From contig JAUMZC010000001.1 in NCBI GenBank assembly GCA_030528295.1, forward strand, positions 29,444-93,443: DNA of 64,000 nucleotides, given 5' to 3'. The stretch is from Corynebacterium sp. Lineage in GTDB: Bacteria; Actinomycetota; Actinomycetes; Mycobacteriales; Mycobacteriaceae. Below the pieces are notes generated by a model. The model made no database searches. It saw nothing but the letters and a program-made list of their open reading frames with translations, and was not told the DNA's origin. Shown here in pieces: positions 10,591 through 20,623 of the stretch. Within the stretch, counting starts at the first letter, position 1. Each line of letters begins with the position of its first letter. Position numbers and translations under genes: made by a program.

Positions 10591-11094
10591 ATGATCCTGC
10601 TCGCCGTCGTTTTACTTGTCATCGCGATCCTCACCGCAATTATTGGGGTGTTGGCATGGACCCAAAAGCTCCCCGGTAATGCGGTCATTGGTATTCGGGT
10701 TCCTGAGGTACGCAAGTCACAGGAGCTATGGCAGACTGCGCACCGCATCGCTGGCCCGTTTTGGACGCTCGCTGGCCTGTTTCTAGCGTTCGGCGGCATT
10801 GTTGCTGCATCGGCTAGTGGCTGGATGTGGCTCCTGGTGGTCATTTCGGCTGTGGCGTGGTTGGTATTCCTTGGTATGGGCGCGGGGATGGCCGCTCACA
10901 CGGTCGCGCTTATCGACGCCCAGGCCGCCGCCACCGCCTCCGAGGGCTGCTGTTCTTCCGAGCCATCTGATCCAGCCGCAGATTGTGGCGTTTCTGGAGG
11001 TTGTGGATCGTGCGCTTTGAATGGCTCGTGTGAAGGTGGCGCCACCATCGACCTTGAAGCGGCACGCCGCGCGGCTGCAGCGTCAGACAAGTAA
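10591..11094 (+). CDS. SdpI family membrane protein with Cys-rich C-terminal tail
   Basis: N.VIGIRVP..SQELWQTAHR motif; three TM segments. Confidence 0.8.
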   Translation: MILLAVVLLVIAILTAIIGVLAWTQKLPGNAVIGIRVPEVRKSQELWQTAHRIAGPFWTLAGLFLAFGGIVAASASGWMWLLVVISAVAWLVFLGMGAGMAAHTVALIDAQAAATASEGCCSSEPSDPAADCGVSGGCGSCALNGSCEGGATIDLEAARRAAAASDK

Positions 11095-11098
11095 CTCT

Positions 11099-11569
11099 AT
11101 GGCTACTCCACAATTCATTCGCGATCTCCGAGCACACATTGGCCACGCTGAACTGTGGTTGCCTGGTGTTTCCGTGTTTGTGATCCAGGATGAGCAAATC
11201 CTTCTTGTTCGCCGCAAAGACAATAACCAATGGACTCCGATCACCGGTATTTGCGATCCTGGCGAGCAGCCCGATATTGCCGCTTGCCGCGAGTGCCTTG
11301 AAGAAACTGGTGTCCAAGTTGAGCCCGTGAAAGTCATTTGGGTTCAGGCAGTTGGCCCGGTGACCTACCCCAATAACGACGTCGCTAGCTATATGGACAT
11401 TGCGTTCCTGTGTCGTCCAACGGCTGGGCACGCCCATGTTGCTGACGATGAAAACTCCGAAGTCCGGTGGTTTCATCTGGACGATTTACCACCTATGAAG
11501 GCTCGTTTTACAAACACCCTCCAACATGCATTGAAAGACGAGCCTACCGGTTGGGCCAATTCATTATAA
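11099..11569 (+). CDS. NUDIX hydrolase
   Basis: Nudix box GICDPGEQPDIAACRECLEETG; ATG at 11099 follows the sdpI stop. Confidence 0.88.
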   Translation: MATPQFIRDLRAHIGHAELWLPGVSVFVIQDEQILLVRRKDNNQWTPITGICDPGEQPDIAACRECLEETGVQVEPVKVIWVQAVGPVTYPNNDVASYMDIAFLCRPTAGHAHVADDENSEVRWFHLDDLPPMKARFTNTLQHALKDEPTGWANSL

Positions 11570-12172
11570 AAGAATCTCTAAATATGGCTTTAGTACGCGC
11601 CATACTCGCAATTCCTCCGCGTATTTCGCCAGCTGATTCAAATCCTTATCAGGTCGCTGCACATATAGCTCGAGTGCTTCAATCAGGTTTCGCTTTTCCA
11701 GCTGGCCACGGCTCCGCACAAGATCACAAATACTTCGCTCTAAATCGTATGCGGGAACCAAATTACCTTCCGGCGTTCTTACCGTGGTTTTCCCCAGTTC
11801 AAAAGCGCTTTTCTTTACTGAAAACACCTCAAATCCTTCACCCCGCAGATTCGTGGCGTTATATCCCGTTGGCACCGTGACATGAATATTCTCCGGCTCA
11901 TATTCCCGAATTCCATGAAGATACAGGGCAGTGAGGTGCGAAAATATAATTCTGTCTACCCTTCTATGCAGCACCCAAAGTTCATCGATCCATACTCCAG
12001 GTTCCGCATATACCCCGTGCGCTACACGTTCCAATCCTTGATTCCGCACGAATGTTAGAAATGTCGGGGCTGATATACCTGTAGCAAGTGCATCACGGGT
12101 ACAAATTATCCCAGCATTCGATCTCATGAGCTTGGATAACACCTCTGCGGAAGACATCGAAACAAACCTCAT
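11564..12172 (-). CDS. Type IV toxin-antitoxin AbiEi-family antitoxin (orphan)
   Basis: wHTH LERVAHGVY, IFSHLTALYLHG, YDLERSICD and C-terminal YLEILL; AT-rich; alternative start at 12157. Confidence 0.82.
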   Translation of the reverse strand: MRFVSMSSAEVLSKLMRSNAGIICTRDALATGISAPTFLTFVRNQGLERVAHGVYAEPGVWIDELWVLHRRVDRIIFSHLTALYLHGIREYEPENIHVTVPTGYNATNLRGEGFEVFSVKKSAFELGKTTVRTPEGNLVPAYDLERSICDLVRSRGQLEKRNLIEALELYVQRPDKDLNQLAKYAEELRVWRVLKPYLEILL

Positions 12173-12536
12173 TGTTTTAGATACACACTCATAAACTTAG
12201 TGTTCATAGTGCATATATTCATTATTTACATGTTCGTTGTTAACTTAAAGCCTTGAAACAAACGGGGCGCTAACGACACGCGTACATAGCGCTCACAGTT
12301 TAAGTCAAAAAAGGGTTTTGTCATTCATGCGACACAACTACGATACGGCTCGAAACTCAAAGACAAAACAGCGCTCGCCAATCTTGCCTATGATTCGACA
12401 ATATTGACGATTCAAAGCTCTTATAAATGACCTTTCACCTGCATATTCTTCTGCCAACAATATCCCTCACCCAGAAGGGGGAAATTATTCACTCACAGCG
12501 CCTAGCCCCCTTCACCTTGCCGCAAACCCACGCCAA

Positions 12537-12552
12537 TGTTTCACGTGAAACA
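12537..12552. promoter_or_regulatory. parS: parS site
   Basis: Perfect TGTTTCACGTGAAACA just upstream of the trp promoter. Confidence 0.92.
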
Positions 12553-12590
12553 TGCAGTTTTCGCGACGTCGTGACGCAGCGGGGGGAGAG

Positions 12591-12620
12591 TTGCCTAACC
12601 GGGTTTGAACGCGATAATGT
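12591..12620 (+). promoter_or_regulatory. Putative sigmaA promoter of the trp operon (leaderless trpL)
   Basis: TTGCCT at 12591 and GATAAT/TAATGT at 12613-12620, 6 nt before the trpL ATG. Confidence 0.55.
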
Positions 12621-12626
12621 GGTCGC

Positions 12627-12680
12627 ATGTCGAATTCAGTAAAACCTCTATCCATCAACTGGTGGTGGCGCGCTAGCTAG
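12627..12680 (+). CDS. trpL: trp operon leader peptide MSNSVKPLSINWWWRAS
   Basis: 17-codon ORF with TGG TGG TGG immediately upstream of the attenuator; matches the corynebacterial WWWR leader pattern. Confidence 0.92.
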   Translation: MSNSVKPLSINWWWRAS

Positions 12681-12746
12681 CGGGCCACGGTTGAATCGAC
12701 GCATGTAAGGCTCGCAAGCTTCACTTTGAAGCGCGGGCTTTTCTTC
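12675..12746 (+). terminator. trp attenuator (antiterminator/terminator)
   Basis: AGCTAGCGGGCC (12675-86) can pair with GGCTCGCAAGCT (12709-20); alternative terminator GGCTCGC-AA-GCTTCA-ctt-TGAAGC-GCGGGCT followed by TTTCTT. Confidence 0.85.
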
Positions 12747-12801
12747 ATTCGTGTGGTAGCCCCGCCGAAAAGTGAAAACATTCACTCAGAAAGGCACCAC
12801 A

Positions 12802-14130
12802 ATGAAAACCCCAGAAATCAAACGTCGCGAAACTCTTATCGACGCCTATTTCGGCGACTTTGGCGGCCAATACGTCCCCGAAATGCTCTATCCAGTCCTC
12901 GACGAACTTGAACAAGCATACGTAGATGCTATTAATGACCCAACGTTTGCCAAAGAACTCCGCGAACTTTACGTAAACTACCTTGGACGCCCAACCCCCA
13001 TTACCGAGTGTTCAAACCTCCCACTCGCTGGAAAAGGAAAGGGTAAGGCCCGTATCTTCTTAAAACGCGAAGATCTCGTTCACGGCGGCGCACACAAGGG
13101 AAACCAAGTAATCGCACAGGCTCTGCTGGCTAAACGACTTGGAAAAACTCGGCTTATTGCCGAAACTGGCGCTGGTCAACACGGAACCGCTACCGCTATG
13201 GTCGCCGCGCTCTTCGGCATGAAATGCACCATCTACATGGGCGCCCGCGACATCGCCCGCCAGCAGCCAAACGTGTATCGTATGCGTCTCATGGGTGCGG
13301 AAGTTGTCCCAGTTGAGGAAGTGGAAGGCAACGGCCTGGAAAATGCCATCGATGTCGCACTGATGGACTGGGTAAAAACGTACAAAGACACCCACTACCT
13401 GCTCGGTACCGCTGCTGGACCACACCCGTTCCCAACGCTCGTGAAAGAATTCCAGGCAGTGATTTCACGTGAATCCCGCGAGCAAATGCTCGAGCGTATC
13501 GACGCCCTCCCAGACGTCGTGGTTGCAGCTGTTGGCGGCGGCTCCAACGCAATCGGCGCATTCGCTGATTACCTCACCAATAAAGAAGGAAACGAGAATG
13601 TTCGCCTTATCGGTGTAGAACCCGCAGGTGAAGGGCTCGATTCCGGAAAGCATGGCGCACCACTGTGCCGCGGACGCGTCGGAGTCCTCCATGGTTCACG
13701 TTCCTATGTCATGCTTGCAGAAGACGATTCCGTCCTCCATTCACACTCTGTATCAGCCGGTTTGGATTACCCAGGTGTTGGCCCAGAGCATGCCCACCTT
13801 TTGGAATCTGGCCGCGCGGAATATGTCGGCATCACAGACGCAAAAGCTCTGCAGGCATTCCGCCTATTGTCTCGCTACGAAGGCATTATTCCGGCATTGG
13901 AATCCAGCCACGCCCTTGCATACGCGCTCAAGCTCGCTGAGCTCACCGAAGAAACCGGGGAAGAACTCAATATCCTGGTCAATCTTTCTGGTCGTGGCGA
14001 TAAGGACGTCAACTATGTACGCGCCTTGCTCGGCGACCTTGCTGGCGAAGACCCCAGCGCAAGCCCGGTGCATGACCTTGATGTTTCCAAGGCGATCGGC
14101 GCACTCACTGCCGCCATGGAGGCTCTATGA
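12802..14130 (+). CDS. trpB: Tryptophan synthase beta subunit, divergent copy at the head of the operon
   Basis: [14 protein letters not shown](PLP)[16 protein letters not shown] and NLSGRGDKD motifs; GAAAGG SD before ATG 12802. Confidence 0.93.
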   Translation: MKTPEIKRRETLIDAYFGDFGGQYVPEMLYPVLDELEQAYVDAINDPTFAKELRELYVNYLGRPTPITECSNLPLAGKGKGKARIFLKREDLVHGGAHKGNQVIAQALLAKRLGKTRLIAETGAGQHGTATAMVAALFGMKCTIYMGARDIARQQPNVYRMRLMGAEVVPVEEVEGNGLENAIDVALMDWVKTYKDTHYLLGTAAGPHPFPTLVKEFQAVISRESREQMLERIDALPDVVVAAVGGGSNAIGAFADYLTNKEGNENVRLIGVEPAGEGLDSGKHGAPLCRGRVGVLHGSRSYVMLAEDDSVLHSHSVSAGLDYPGVGPEHAHLLESGRAEYVGITDAKALQAFRLLSRYEGIIPALESSHALAYALKLAELTEETGEELNILVNLSGRGDKDVNYVRALLGDLAGEDPSASPVHDLDVSKAIGALTAAMEAL

Positions 14131-15608
14131 TTCCGAAGTATTTTACGCGGCAAGTTCGATACCATGAGGATGCTTCAGCCCTGTTTTCCCACTTAGACAG
14201 CGGCGACGATGTGATTCTCCTGGAAAGCGCAGACATAGCCTCCAAGCAGGGACTTTCTTCGATTGCCGTATTGAAGGCGAGCGCGCGCATCACGTGCCAC
14301 ATGGAGCATGTCCAAATAACGCCACTTTCCCCCTCAGGGGAAATTCTTAGGGACCGCATTCACAGCAAACTAGGTGAAGAACTCATCTTTCCGCCAAGCA
14401 GGGCTGCCGACGAACGCGAACGGCTAACGGCCTGCAGCAGCATCGAGGTCTTGCGTACCCTGCAAATGGATCCTGGCTACGAGATCGAAGGTTGGCCCTT
14501 TATTGCTGGGGGATTCGCCTTCGACTATCTGGGATCGTTTGAATCCTTACCGGAGGTCAGTGATTCCGTAAACACCTATCCTGACTATGAGTTTTTAGTC
14601 GCAGAAGTCCTGCTGGTCATCGACCACCAAGCGCAAACCGCAGAACTGCAAGCCCTTTCGCTTGCAGGCGAAGATTTACTGCCCGTGATCAATGAATTTG
14701 CGGAGCGAATCGAATCGGCGTCGCCTAGCCATCCTCAACCAGAACCGCAAAAAGTATTACGCGCGGTAGCAGATATTACCGACCAAGATTTCCGCGATCA
14801 GGTCATTGAACTGCAAAAACACATCTACTGTGGCGATATTTATCAAGTTGTTCCGGCGCGAACGTTTACAGTTCCGTGCCCGGATGCCTTCGCTGCATAC
14901 CGTGTGTTACGTGAAACCAACCCCAGTCCGTACATGTTCTATGTGCGCACTGGCGGTTCCGAGTTGTTTGGTGCTTCACCAGAATCAAGCTTGAAGTTCA
15001 CTGCGGAAACACGCCAGGTAGAGCTTTATCCTATTGCCGGAACCCTTCCTAGAGGCGCGGATCATGAGCTGGATATCCGCAATGAACTGGAACTTCGCAC
15101 TAATTCCAAAGAAATCGCCGAACACACCATGTTGGTAGATTTGGCTCGCAATGATCTAGCACGTGTTGCGCTACCAGGCACACGCAAGGTCGCCGAGCTC
15201 ATGAAAGTGGATCGATATTCGCGAGTGATGCACCTTGTGAGCAGGGTTGTTGCAGAACTTCACCCGGATTTCGACGCCCTGGATGCATACCGTGCCTGCA
15301 TGAATATGGGTACCTTGACGGGTGCGCCGAAGCTTCGTGCCACGGAGCTGCTGCGCGGCGTCGAAAAGCATCGCCGAGGTTCATACGGTGGTGCGGTGGG
15401 TTACCTGCGCGGCGGAGGAGACATGGACACCTGCATTGTGATCCGCTCAGCGTTTGTATGTGACGGTTACGCCGCAGTGCAAGCCGGTGCTGGTGTAGTG
15501 CGCGATTCTGACCCGCAAGCGGAAGCCGATGAAACACTGCACAAAGCCTATGCAGTGCTGCATGCAATCGCCGCTTCAGTAGGCGCAGAATTGGAGGTAG
15601 AGCGATGA
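14127..15608 (+). CDS. trpE: Anthranilate synthase component I
   Basis: LLESAD, NPSPYMFY, KEIAEHTMLVDLARND and GTLTGAPK motifs. Confidence 0.96.
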   Translation: MIPKYFTRQVRYHEDASALFSHLDSGDDVILLESADIASKQGLSSIAVLKASARITCHMEHVQITPLSPSGEILRDRIHSKLGEELIFPPSRAADERERLTACSSIEVLRTLQMDPGYEIEGWPFIAGGFAFDYLGSFESLPEVSDSVNTYPDYEFLVAEVLLVIDHQAQTAELQALSLAGEDLLPVINEFAERIESASPSHPQPEPQKVLRAVADITDQDFRDQVIELQKHIYCGDIYQVVPARTFTVPCPDAFAAYRVLRETNPSPYMFYVRTGGSELFGASPESSLKFTAETRQVELYPIAGTLPRGADHELDIRNELELRTNSKEIAEHTMLVDLARNDLARVALPGTRKVAELMKVDRYSRVMHLVSRVVAELHPDFDALDAYRACMNMGTLTGAPKLRATELLRGVEKHRRGSYGGAVGYLRGGGDMDTCIVIRSAFVCDGYAAVQAGAGVVRDSDPQAEADETLHKAYAVLHAIAASVGAELEVER

Positions 15609-16174
15609 AGATAGTGCTCATTGATAACCACGACTCCTTTGTGTACAACCTCGTCGACGCGTTTGCTCAACACGAGTGCGTGGTGTACCGCAATACGGTT
15701 CCCGTGGAACAGGTTTTGGCCGCCAACCCCGATGTGATTTGTTTGTCACCGGGTCCCGGGCATCCGAGGGAAGCCGGGAACCTTATGCGCATCGTAGAAG
15801 TTTGCTATGGAAAAATACCACTGCTCGGTATTTGTCTTGGCTTCCAAGCGATCCTTGAGCATTTGGGCGGCGCGGTAGTTCCATGTGGTCCAGTCCATGG
15901 GGTAGCGGACACGATGAAAGTTACTTCAGAGGGGAAACAATTTTTCGGCGGCGATGTTAAGGTCGCACGGTACCATTCTTTAGGTTGCGTCACAGTGACG
16001 AAAAGCATGCATGTGCTAGGTACCTGTAAATCTGATATCGGAGACGTAATAATGGCCGCATATGCGCCACAGGAAAAAGCACTCGGATTGCAATTTCATC
16101 CCGAATCAATTCTCAGCCCAACCGGTCCACTCATCCTCGAGAAAGCACTTTCAGTATTGGGAGCAAAAGCATGA
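15605..16174 (+). CDS. trpG: Anthranilate synthase component II (glutamine amidotransferase)
   Basis: DNHDSFVYNL, SPGPG, GICLG and QFHPES motifs. Confidence 0.95.
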   Translation: MKIVLIDNHDSFVYNLVDAFAQHECVVYRNTVPVEQVLAANPDVICLSPGPGHPREAGNLMRIVEVCYGKIPLLGICLGFQAILEHLGGAVVPCGPVHGVADTMKVTSEGKQFFGGDVKVARYHSLGCVTVTKSMHVLGTCKSDIGDVIMAAYAPQEKALGLQFHPESILSPTGPLILEKALSVLGAKA

Positions 16175-17187
16175 CTCATCCTGTAGATAAACTCCGCACA
16201 TACTTAGACAACCCAAATCCGAGCGTCAAAGAAGCACGCGAAGTATTCACACCGCTAACTATTGGCGCATACGACGATGTTCATATCGCCGCACTTTTGG
16301 CAACCATCCGCACCCGCGGAGAAACCATTGCCGATATTGCTGGCGCGGCACAAGCATTTCTTAGCGCTGCTCGTCCATTCCCGATTACCGGGGAAGGGGT
16401 ACTCGATACCGCCGGCACAGGAGGCGACAACTCAAACACCATCAATATTTCCACCGGGGCTTCCCTTGTGACTGCCGCTGGTGGCTGCATGGTGATCAAA
16501 CACGGCAACCGTTCGGTGAGTTCAAAATCAGGCTCAGCAGATGTGTTGGAAGCGCTGAATATTCCGCTCGATTTAGATGTTTCACGTGCTGAAAAACAGG
16601 CACGGAACGCCAATTTCACGTTCTTATTTGCACCTGCGTATCACCCGGCAATCGCGCTCGTGATGCCGGTACGCAAGGCACTCCGCGTTCCAACCTTGTT
16701 TAATATTCTCGGACCGCTACTCAGCCCAGCGCGACCCAAACTTCAGGTCATGGGCGTGAATAAACCGTCATTGGGTGAGCCAGTAATCAACGTGATGCGG
16801 GAATTGGGACGTGACCGTGCGCTGGTTATCCACGGATCCGGTACCGATGAGTTCGCTGTTCATGGCCCAACCGACGTGTGGGAATTGCGCGATGGGGAGA
16901 TCAACCACTACACGGTCACACCATCTGATTTTGGTGTAAAGAACCATAAGCTCAGTGAACTTGCGGGTGGTGACGGTCAGGAGAATGCCCAGTTATTGCG
17001 GGCGGTTTTTGCGGGGCAAGCGCCGGAAGCGCATTCGGATGCGATTGCGATGAACGCCGCCGCGATGTTCTACCTGCATGGGCGAGTGGATGATTTCCAG
17101 CAGGGCACCGAACTGGCCAAGGAATTGCTGTCCAGTGGCACGGTGAAAGAATGGCTCCAAACTCACGAAGAGGCGAATTATGGCTGA
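16171..17187 (+). CDS. trpD: Anthranilate phosphoribosyltransferase
   Basis: DTAGTGGD and KHGNRSVSSKSGSADVLE motifs. Confidence 0.96.
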   Translation: MTHPVDKLRTYLDNPNPSVKEAREVFTPLTIGAYDDVHIAALLATIRTRGETIADIAGAAQAFLSAARPFPITGEGVLDTAGTGGDNSNTINISTGASLVTAAGGCMVIKHGNRSVSSKSGSADVLEALNIPLDLDVSRAEKQARNANFTFLFAPAYHPAIALVMPVRKALRVPTLFNILGPLLSPARPKLQVMGVNKPSLGEPVINVMRELGRDRALVIHGSGTDEFAVHGPTDVWELRDGEINHYTVTPSDFGVKNHKLSELAGGDGQENAQLLRAVFAGQAPEAHSDAIAMNAAAMFYLHGRVDDFQQGTELAKELLSSGTVKEWLQTHEEANYG

Positions 17188-18562
17188 GATTCCTACGATC
17201 CTTCAGGAGATTGTCCAAAATCGACGCTCACACGTCCCAGGAATCGCTGAACACATCCAAGGTATGCCTGAACCCACAAAGTCCTCCCGAAGCCTTTACA
17301 GGGCCCTTAATGGCGCGAATCGGTTCATTATGGAGTGTAAGTCAGCGTCTCCTTCGCTTGGACTGATCCGCGCGGATTACCGCCCTGGGGATATCGCGCG
17401 CATCTACTCGCGCTACGCTTCAGCCATTTCGGTCCTGTGCGAACCTGACCGTTTCGGTGGGGATTACGACCATTTGGCCACGGTTGCTGCCAGCACACAC
17501 CTTCCTGTGTTGTGCAAGGACTTCATTATTGCCCCTGAGCAGGTCCGCGCCGCCCGCCTGTTTGGCGCCGATGCGATCTTGCTTATGCTCTCGATTTTGA
17601 GCGATAGCGAGTACCAAGAACTGGCTTCCATAGCGGGGGAGTATGACCTGGACATCCTCACCGAAGTGATTTCCGAAGAGGAAATGGCGCGCGCCGCAAC
17701 ACTCGGCGCACGGATCATTGGGATTAATCACCGTAATCTGCATGATCTCACCATCGATATTTCCCGCTCGGCTGAGCTGGCTCCGCTGGCACCTGAGGGT
17801 GCGCTGGTGATTGCGGAGTCGGGCATACGTGATCACGCCACGGTCCGCGACGTCGCTAAGCATGTCAATGGTTTCCTGGTGGGTTCGCAACTGACGGGCC
17901 AGCCTGACGTTGACCGCGCCTGCCGCGAGCTGGTGTACGGCGTCAATAAAGTGTGCGGTTTGACGACGCCGCGCGCTGCACAAATGGCGCGTGCGGCGGG
18001 GGCGGTATACGGTGGCTTGATTTTCGAGCCCGCCTCACCCCGCAATGTTTCACGTGAAACATCGGAAAAAATCATGGCTGCGGAACCAAATCTTGAATAC
18101 GTTGCGGTTTCCCGTCGAACCGAAAATTTCTCCGAGCTCAATATTGCGGGCGTTCACGCGTACCAGATTCACGCACCGCTCCAAGACAGCGTCGCCGCCG
18201 AAATTGCGCTTATCGACGCCGCGCAGGCCGCTCTTCCCGGAAAAGCTATCTGGCGTGCGGTTTCCATGACCGATCCCCGTGGAGCCAAATACGCTTCAGC
18301 ACTGGCAGACCACGTTGACCTCCTTATCCTCGACTCCGGCGACGGCGGCACCGGCGAAAGCTTCGATTGGTCTTGTATTCCTGGCGAAGTGTTGCAGCGC
18401 AGCTTGCTGGCCGGTGGTATTGGTCCGCATAATGTCTTGGCCGCACATAAGGTTGGCTGCCGAGGTGTAGATGTAAATTCCGGCGTGGAGTACGCCCATT
18501 CCGTTGAAAAGGACGCCACCAAGCTCATGTCCGTCTTCGAATCGATCCGCAAAGATAGGTAA
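17180..18562 (+). CDS. trpCF: Bifunctional indole-3-glycerol-phosphate synthase / phosphoribosylanthranilate isomerase
   Basis: [13 protein letters not shown] and GINHRNL, followed by the KVCGLT...GVDVNSGVE TrpF domain. Confidence 0.95.
   Translation: MAEIPTILQEIVQNRRSHVPGIAEHIQGMPEPTKSSRSLYRALNGANRFIMECKSASPSLGLIRADYRPGDIARIYSRYASAISVLCEPDRFGGDYDHLATVAASTHLPVLCKDFIIAPEQVRAARLFGADAILLMLSILSDSEYQELASIAGEYDLDILTEVISEEEMARAATLGARIIGINHRNLHDLTIDISRSAELAPLAPEGALVIAESGIRDHATVRDVAKHVNGFLVGSQLTGQPDVDRACRELVYGVNKVCGLTTPRAAQMARAAGAVYGGLIFEPASPRNVSRETSEKIMAAEPNLEYVAVSRRTENFSELNIAGVHAYQIHAPLQDSVAAEIALIDAAQAALPGKAIWRAVSMTDPRGAKYASALADHVDLLILDSGDGGTGESFDWSCIPGEVLQRSLLAGGIGPHNVLAAHKVGCRGVDVNSGVEYAHSVEKDATKLMSVFESIRKDR
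18046..18061. promoter_or_regulatory. parS: parS site (inside trpCF, encodes VSRET)
   Basis: Perfect TGTTTCACGTGAAACA. Confidence 0.9.
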
Positions 18563-18566
18563 CACC

Positions 18567-19766
18567 GTGACACTTCTTCCAGCATATTTTGGAGAATTCG
18601 GCGGTCAGTACGTTCCCGAATTGCTTATACCCGCCCTTGACCAATTGGAGTACGCATTCGTTGAAGCAATGAACGATGAAGCGTTTCACGCTGAACTTCG
18701 TTCCTACCTTCGCGATTACCTGGGCCGCCCAACACCAATCACTGAATGCGCCAACCTACCGCTAGGCAGCAACGCTCGCATTTTCCTGAAACGCGAAGAC
18801 CTGGTCCACGGCGGGGCCCACAAAACGAACCAGGTGATTGGCCAAGCGCTGCTGGCAAAACGAATGGGAAAGACCCGCATTATTGCGGAAACCGGTGCCG
18901 GGCAGCATGGCACAGCCACTGCTCTTGCTTGTGCGCTTCTTGGTCTGGAGTGCATGATCTATATGGGGGAGGAGGACGTCCATAGGCAACAGCCGAACGT
19001 GTACCGCATGAAGCTGATGGGCGCCAAGGTTGTCCCGGTGACTTCCGGCGCTGGCACGTTAAAGGACGCGGTGAATGAGGCGTTGCGCGATTGGGCGGCA
19101 ACGTTCCACGAGTCCCATTATCTCCTTGGCACTGCTGCTGGCCCTCACCCGTTCCCTACGATCGTCCGCGAGTTCCACCGCGTCATTTCTACGGAGGCTC
19201 GGGCGCAGATGCTTGAGCGTATTGGCCGCCTACCGGATGTGGTCACTGCTTGTGTTGGTGGCGGTTCGAATGCGATCGGTATTTTCGCCGATTTCATTGA
19301 TGATCACGTGGAACTTGTTGGTGTGGAGCCTGCTGGTGAAGGTTTGGATTCTGGACGCCACGGCGCCCCGATCCATGCTGGGCAGATCGGCATCTTGCAT
19401 GGCGCTCGTAGTTATTTGATGCGCACTGGGGATGGCCAGGTTGAGGAGTCCTATTCGATTTCTGCGGGTCTTGATTATCCGGGGGTGGGTCCGCAGCATG
19501 CGTATCTGCACTCGATTGGCCGCGCTCAGTACGTTGGTATTACGGACGCTGAAGCGTTGGAGGCTTTCCAGTTGTTGTGCCGCTATGAGGGTATTATTCC
19601 TGCGCTGGAATCGAGCCACGCGATGGCGTATGCGTTGAAGCGCGCGAAGACTGATCCTGATGCTACGATCCTGGTTTCGCTTTCTGGTCGTGGTGATAAG
19701 GATGTGGATCATGTGCGGGCGACGCTTGAGGCCCATCCCGAATTTCAACTCAAGGAGCAGTTATGA
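18567..19766 (+). CDS. trpB: Tryptophan synthase beta subunit (canonical, trpA-linked)
   Basis: [21 protein letters not shown] and SLSGRGDKD motifs; GTG start at 18567. Confidence 0.95.
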   Translation: MTLLPAYFGEFGGQYVPELLIPALDQLEYAFVEAMNDEAFHAELRSYLRDYLGRPTPITECANLPLGSNARIFLKREDLVHGGAHKTNQVIGQALLAKRMGKTRIIAETGAGQHGTATALACALLGLECMIYMGEEDVHRQQPNVYRMKLMGAKVVPVTSGAGTLKDAVNEALRDWAATFHESHYLLGTAAGPHPFPTIVREFHRVISTEARAQMLERIGRLPDVVTACVGGGSNAIGIFADFIDDHVELVGVEPAGEGLDSGRHGAPIHAGQIGILHGARSYLMRTGDGQVEESYSISAGLDYPGVGPQHAYLHSIGRAQYVGITDAEALEAFQLLCRYEGIIPALESSHAMAYALKRAKTDPDATILVSLSGRGDKDVDHVRATLEAHPEFQLKEQL

Positions 19767-20560
19767 GCCGTTATTCCGCCATCTTTGAGAGGTTGGGGGA
19801 GGAGGGGGCTTTTGTCCCATTCTTTATGCTGGGCGACCCGAACCCTGATATGAGCTACCAGATTATTAGCGCCGCTATTGATGCGGGTGCCGACGCCCTG
19901 GAGCTCGGCGTTCCTTTCTCGGATCCGGTGGCTGATGGGCCAACGATTCAATTGGCGCATATTCGTGCGTTGAAGGCGAACGTTGATGTGGATACTGCGT
20001 TGGGGATAGTCCGGAGAATTCGGGATAACTACCCGGATGTACCGATTGGCTTGTTGATGTACGGCAATGTTGCCTTTGCACGTGGAACTGAACAGTTTTA
20101 CAAGGATGTGGCGGCTTCTGGTGCGGATTCGGTGCTGTTGCCGGATATTCCGATTCGTGAGGGTCGCCCGTTTGCGCAGGCGGCTATTGAAGCCGGTGTT
20201 GATCCTATTTTCATTGCGCCTCCTCATGCGACTCCGGATACGTTGGTCGGGGTTGCCGAGAATAGCCGCGGATATACGTACGCCGTTTCACGTGTTGGTG
20301 TCACGGGGACGGAATGGGCGTCGTCAACTGATGGGTTGTCGGATATTGTGAAGCACCTTGCGAGCTTTGGTGGCCCGCCGGCGTTGCTTGGTTTTGGCAT
20401 TTCGACGCCGCGACACGTCCGCGATGCGATTGCTGCCGGTGCTGCTGGCGCGATTTGCGGTTCCGCGTTGAGCAAGCTGATTGAGCAGTTTGAGGGCGAG
20501 GAGCTGATTGCGGCGATTAAGTCCTTTGTCTCCGAAATGAAGGCGGCGACTCGCGCCTGA
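19763..20560 (+). CDS. trpA: Tryptophan synthase alpha subunit
   Basis: [22 protein letters not shown] and GFGIS motifs. Confidence 0.96.
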   Translation: MSRYSAIFERLGEEGAFVPFFMLGDPNPDMSYQIISAAIDAGADALELGVPFSDPVADGPTIQLAHIRALKANVDVDTALGIVRRIRDNYPDVPIGLLMYGNVAFARGTEQFYKDVAASGADSVLLPDIPIREGRPFAQAAIEAGVDPIFIAPPHATPDTLVGVAENSRGYTYAVSRVGVTGTEWASSTDGLSDIVKHLASFGGPPALLGFGISTPRHVRDAIAAGAAGAICGSALSKLIEQFEGEELIAAIKSFVSEMKAATRA

Positions 20561-20575
20561 CCTCCCTGTTTTCTT

Positions 20576-20605
20576 GCCAATGTTTCACGTGAAACATTGG
20601 CTTTT
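20576..20605. promoter_or_regulatory. parS: parS site within a 26-bp palindrome; probable trp operon terminator
   Basis: GCCAA-TGTTTCACGTGAAACA-TTGGC followed by TTTT, 15 nt after the trpA stop. Confidence 0.88.
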
Positions 20606-20623
20606 CCATGCCAAGACACCCCA

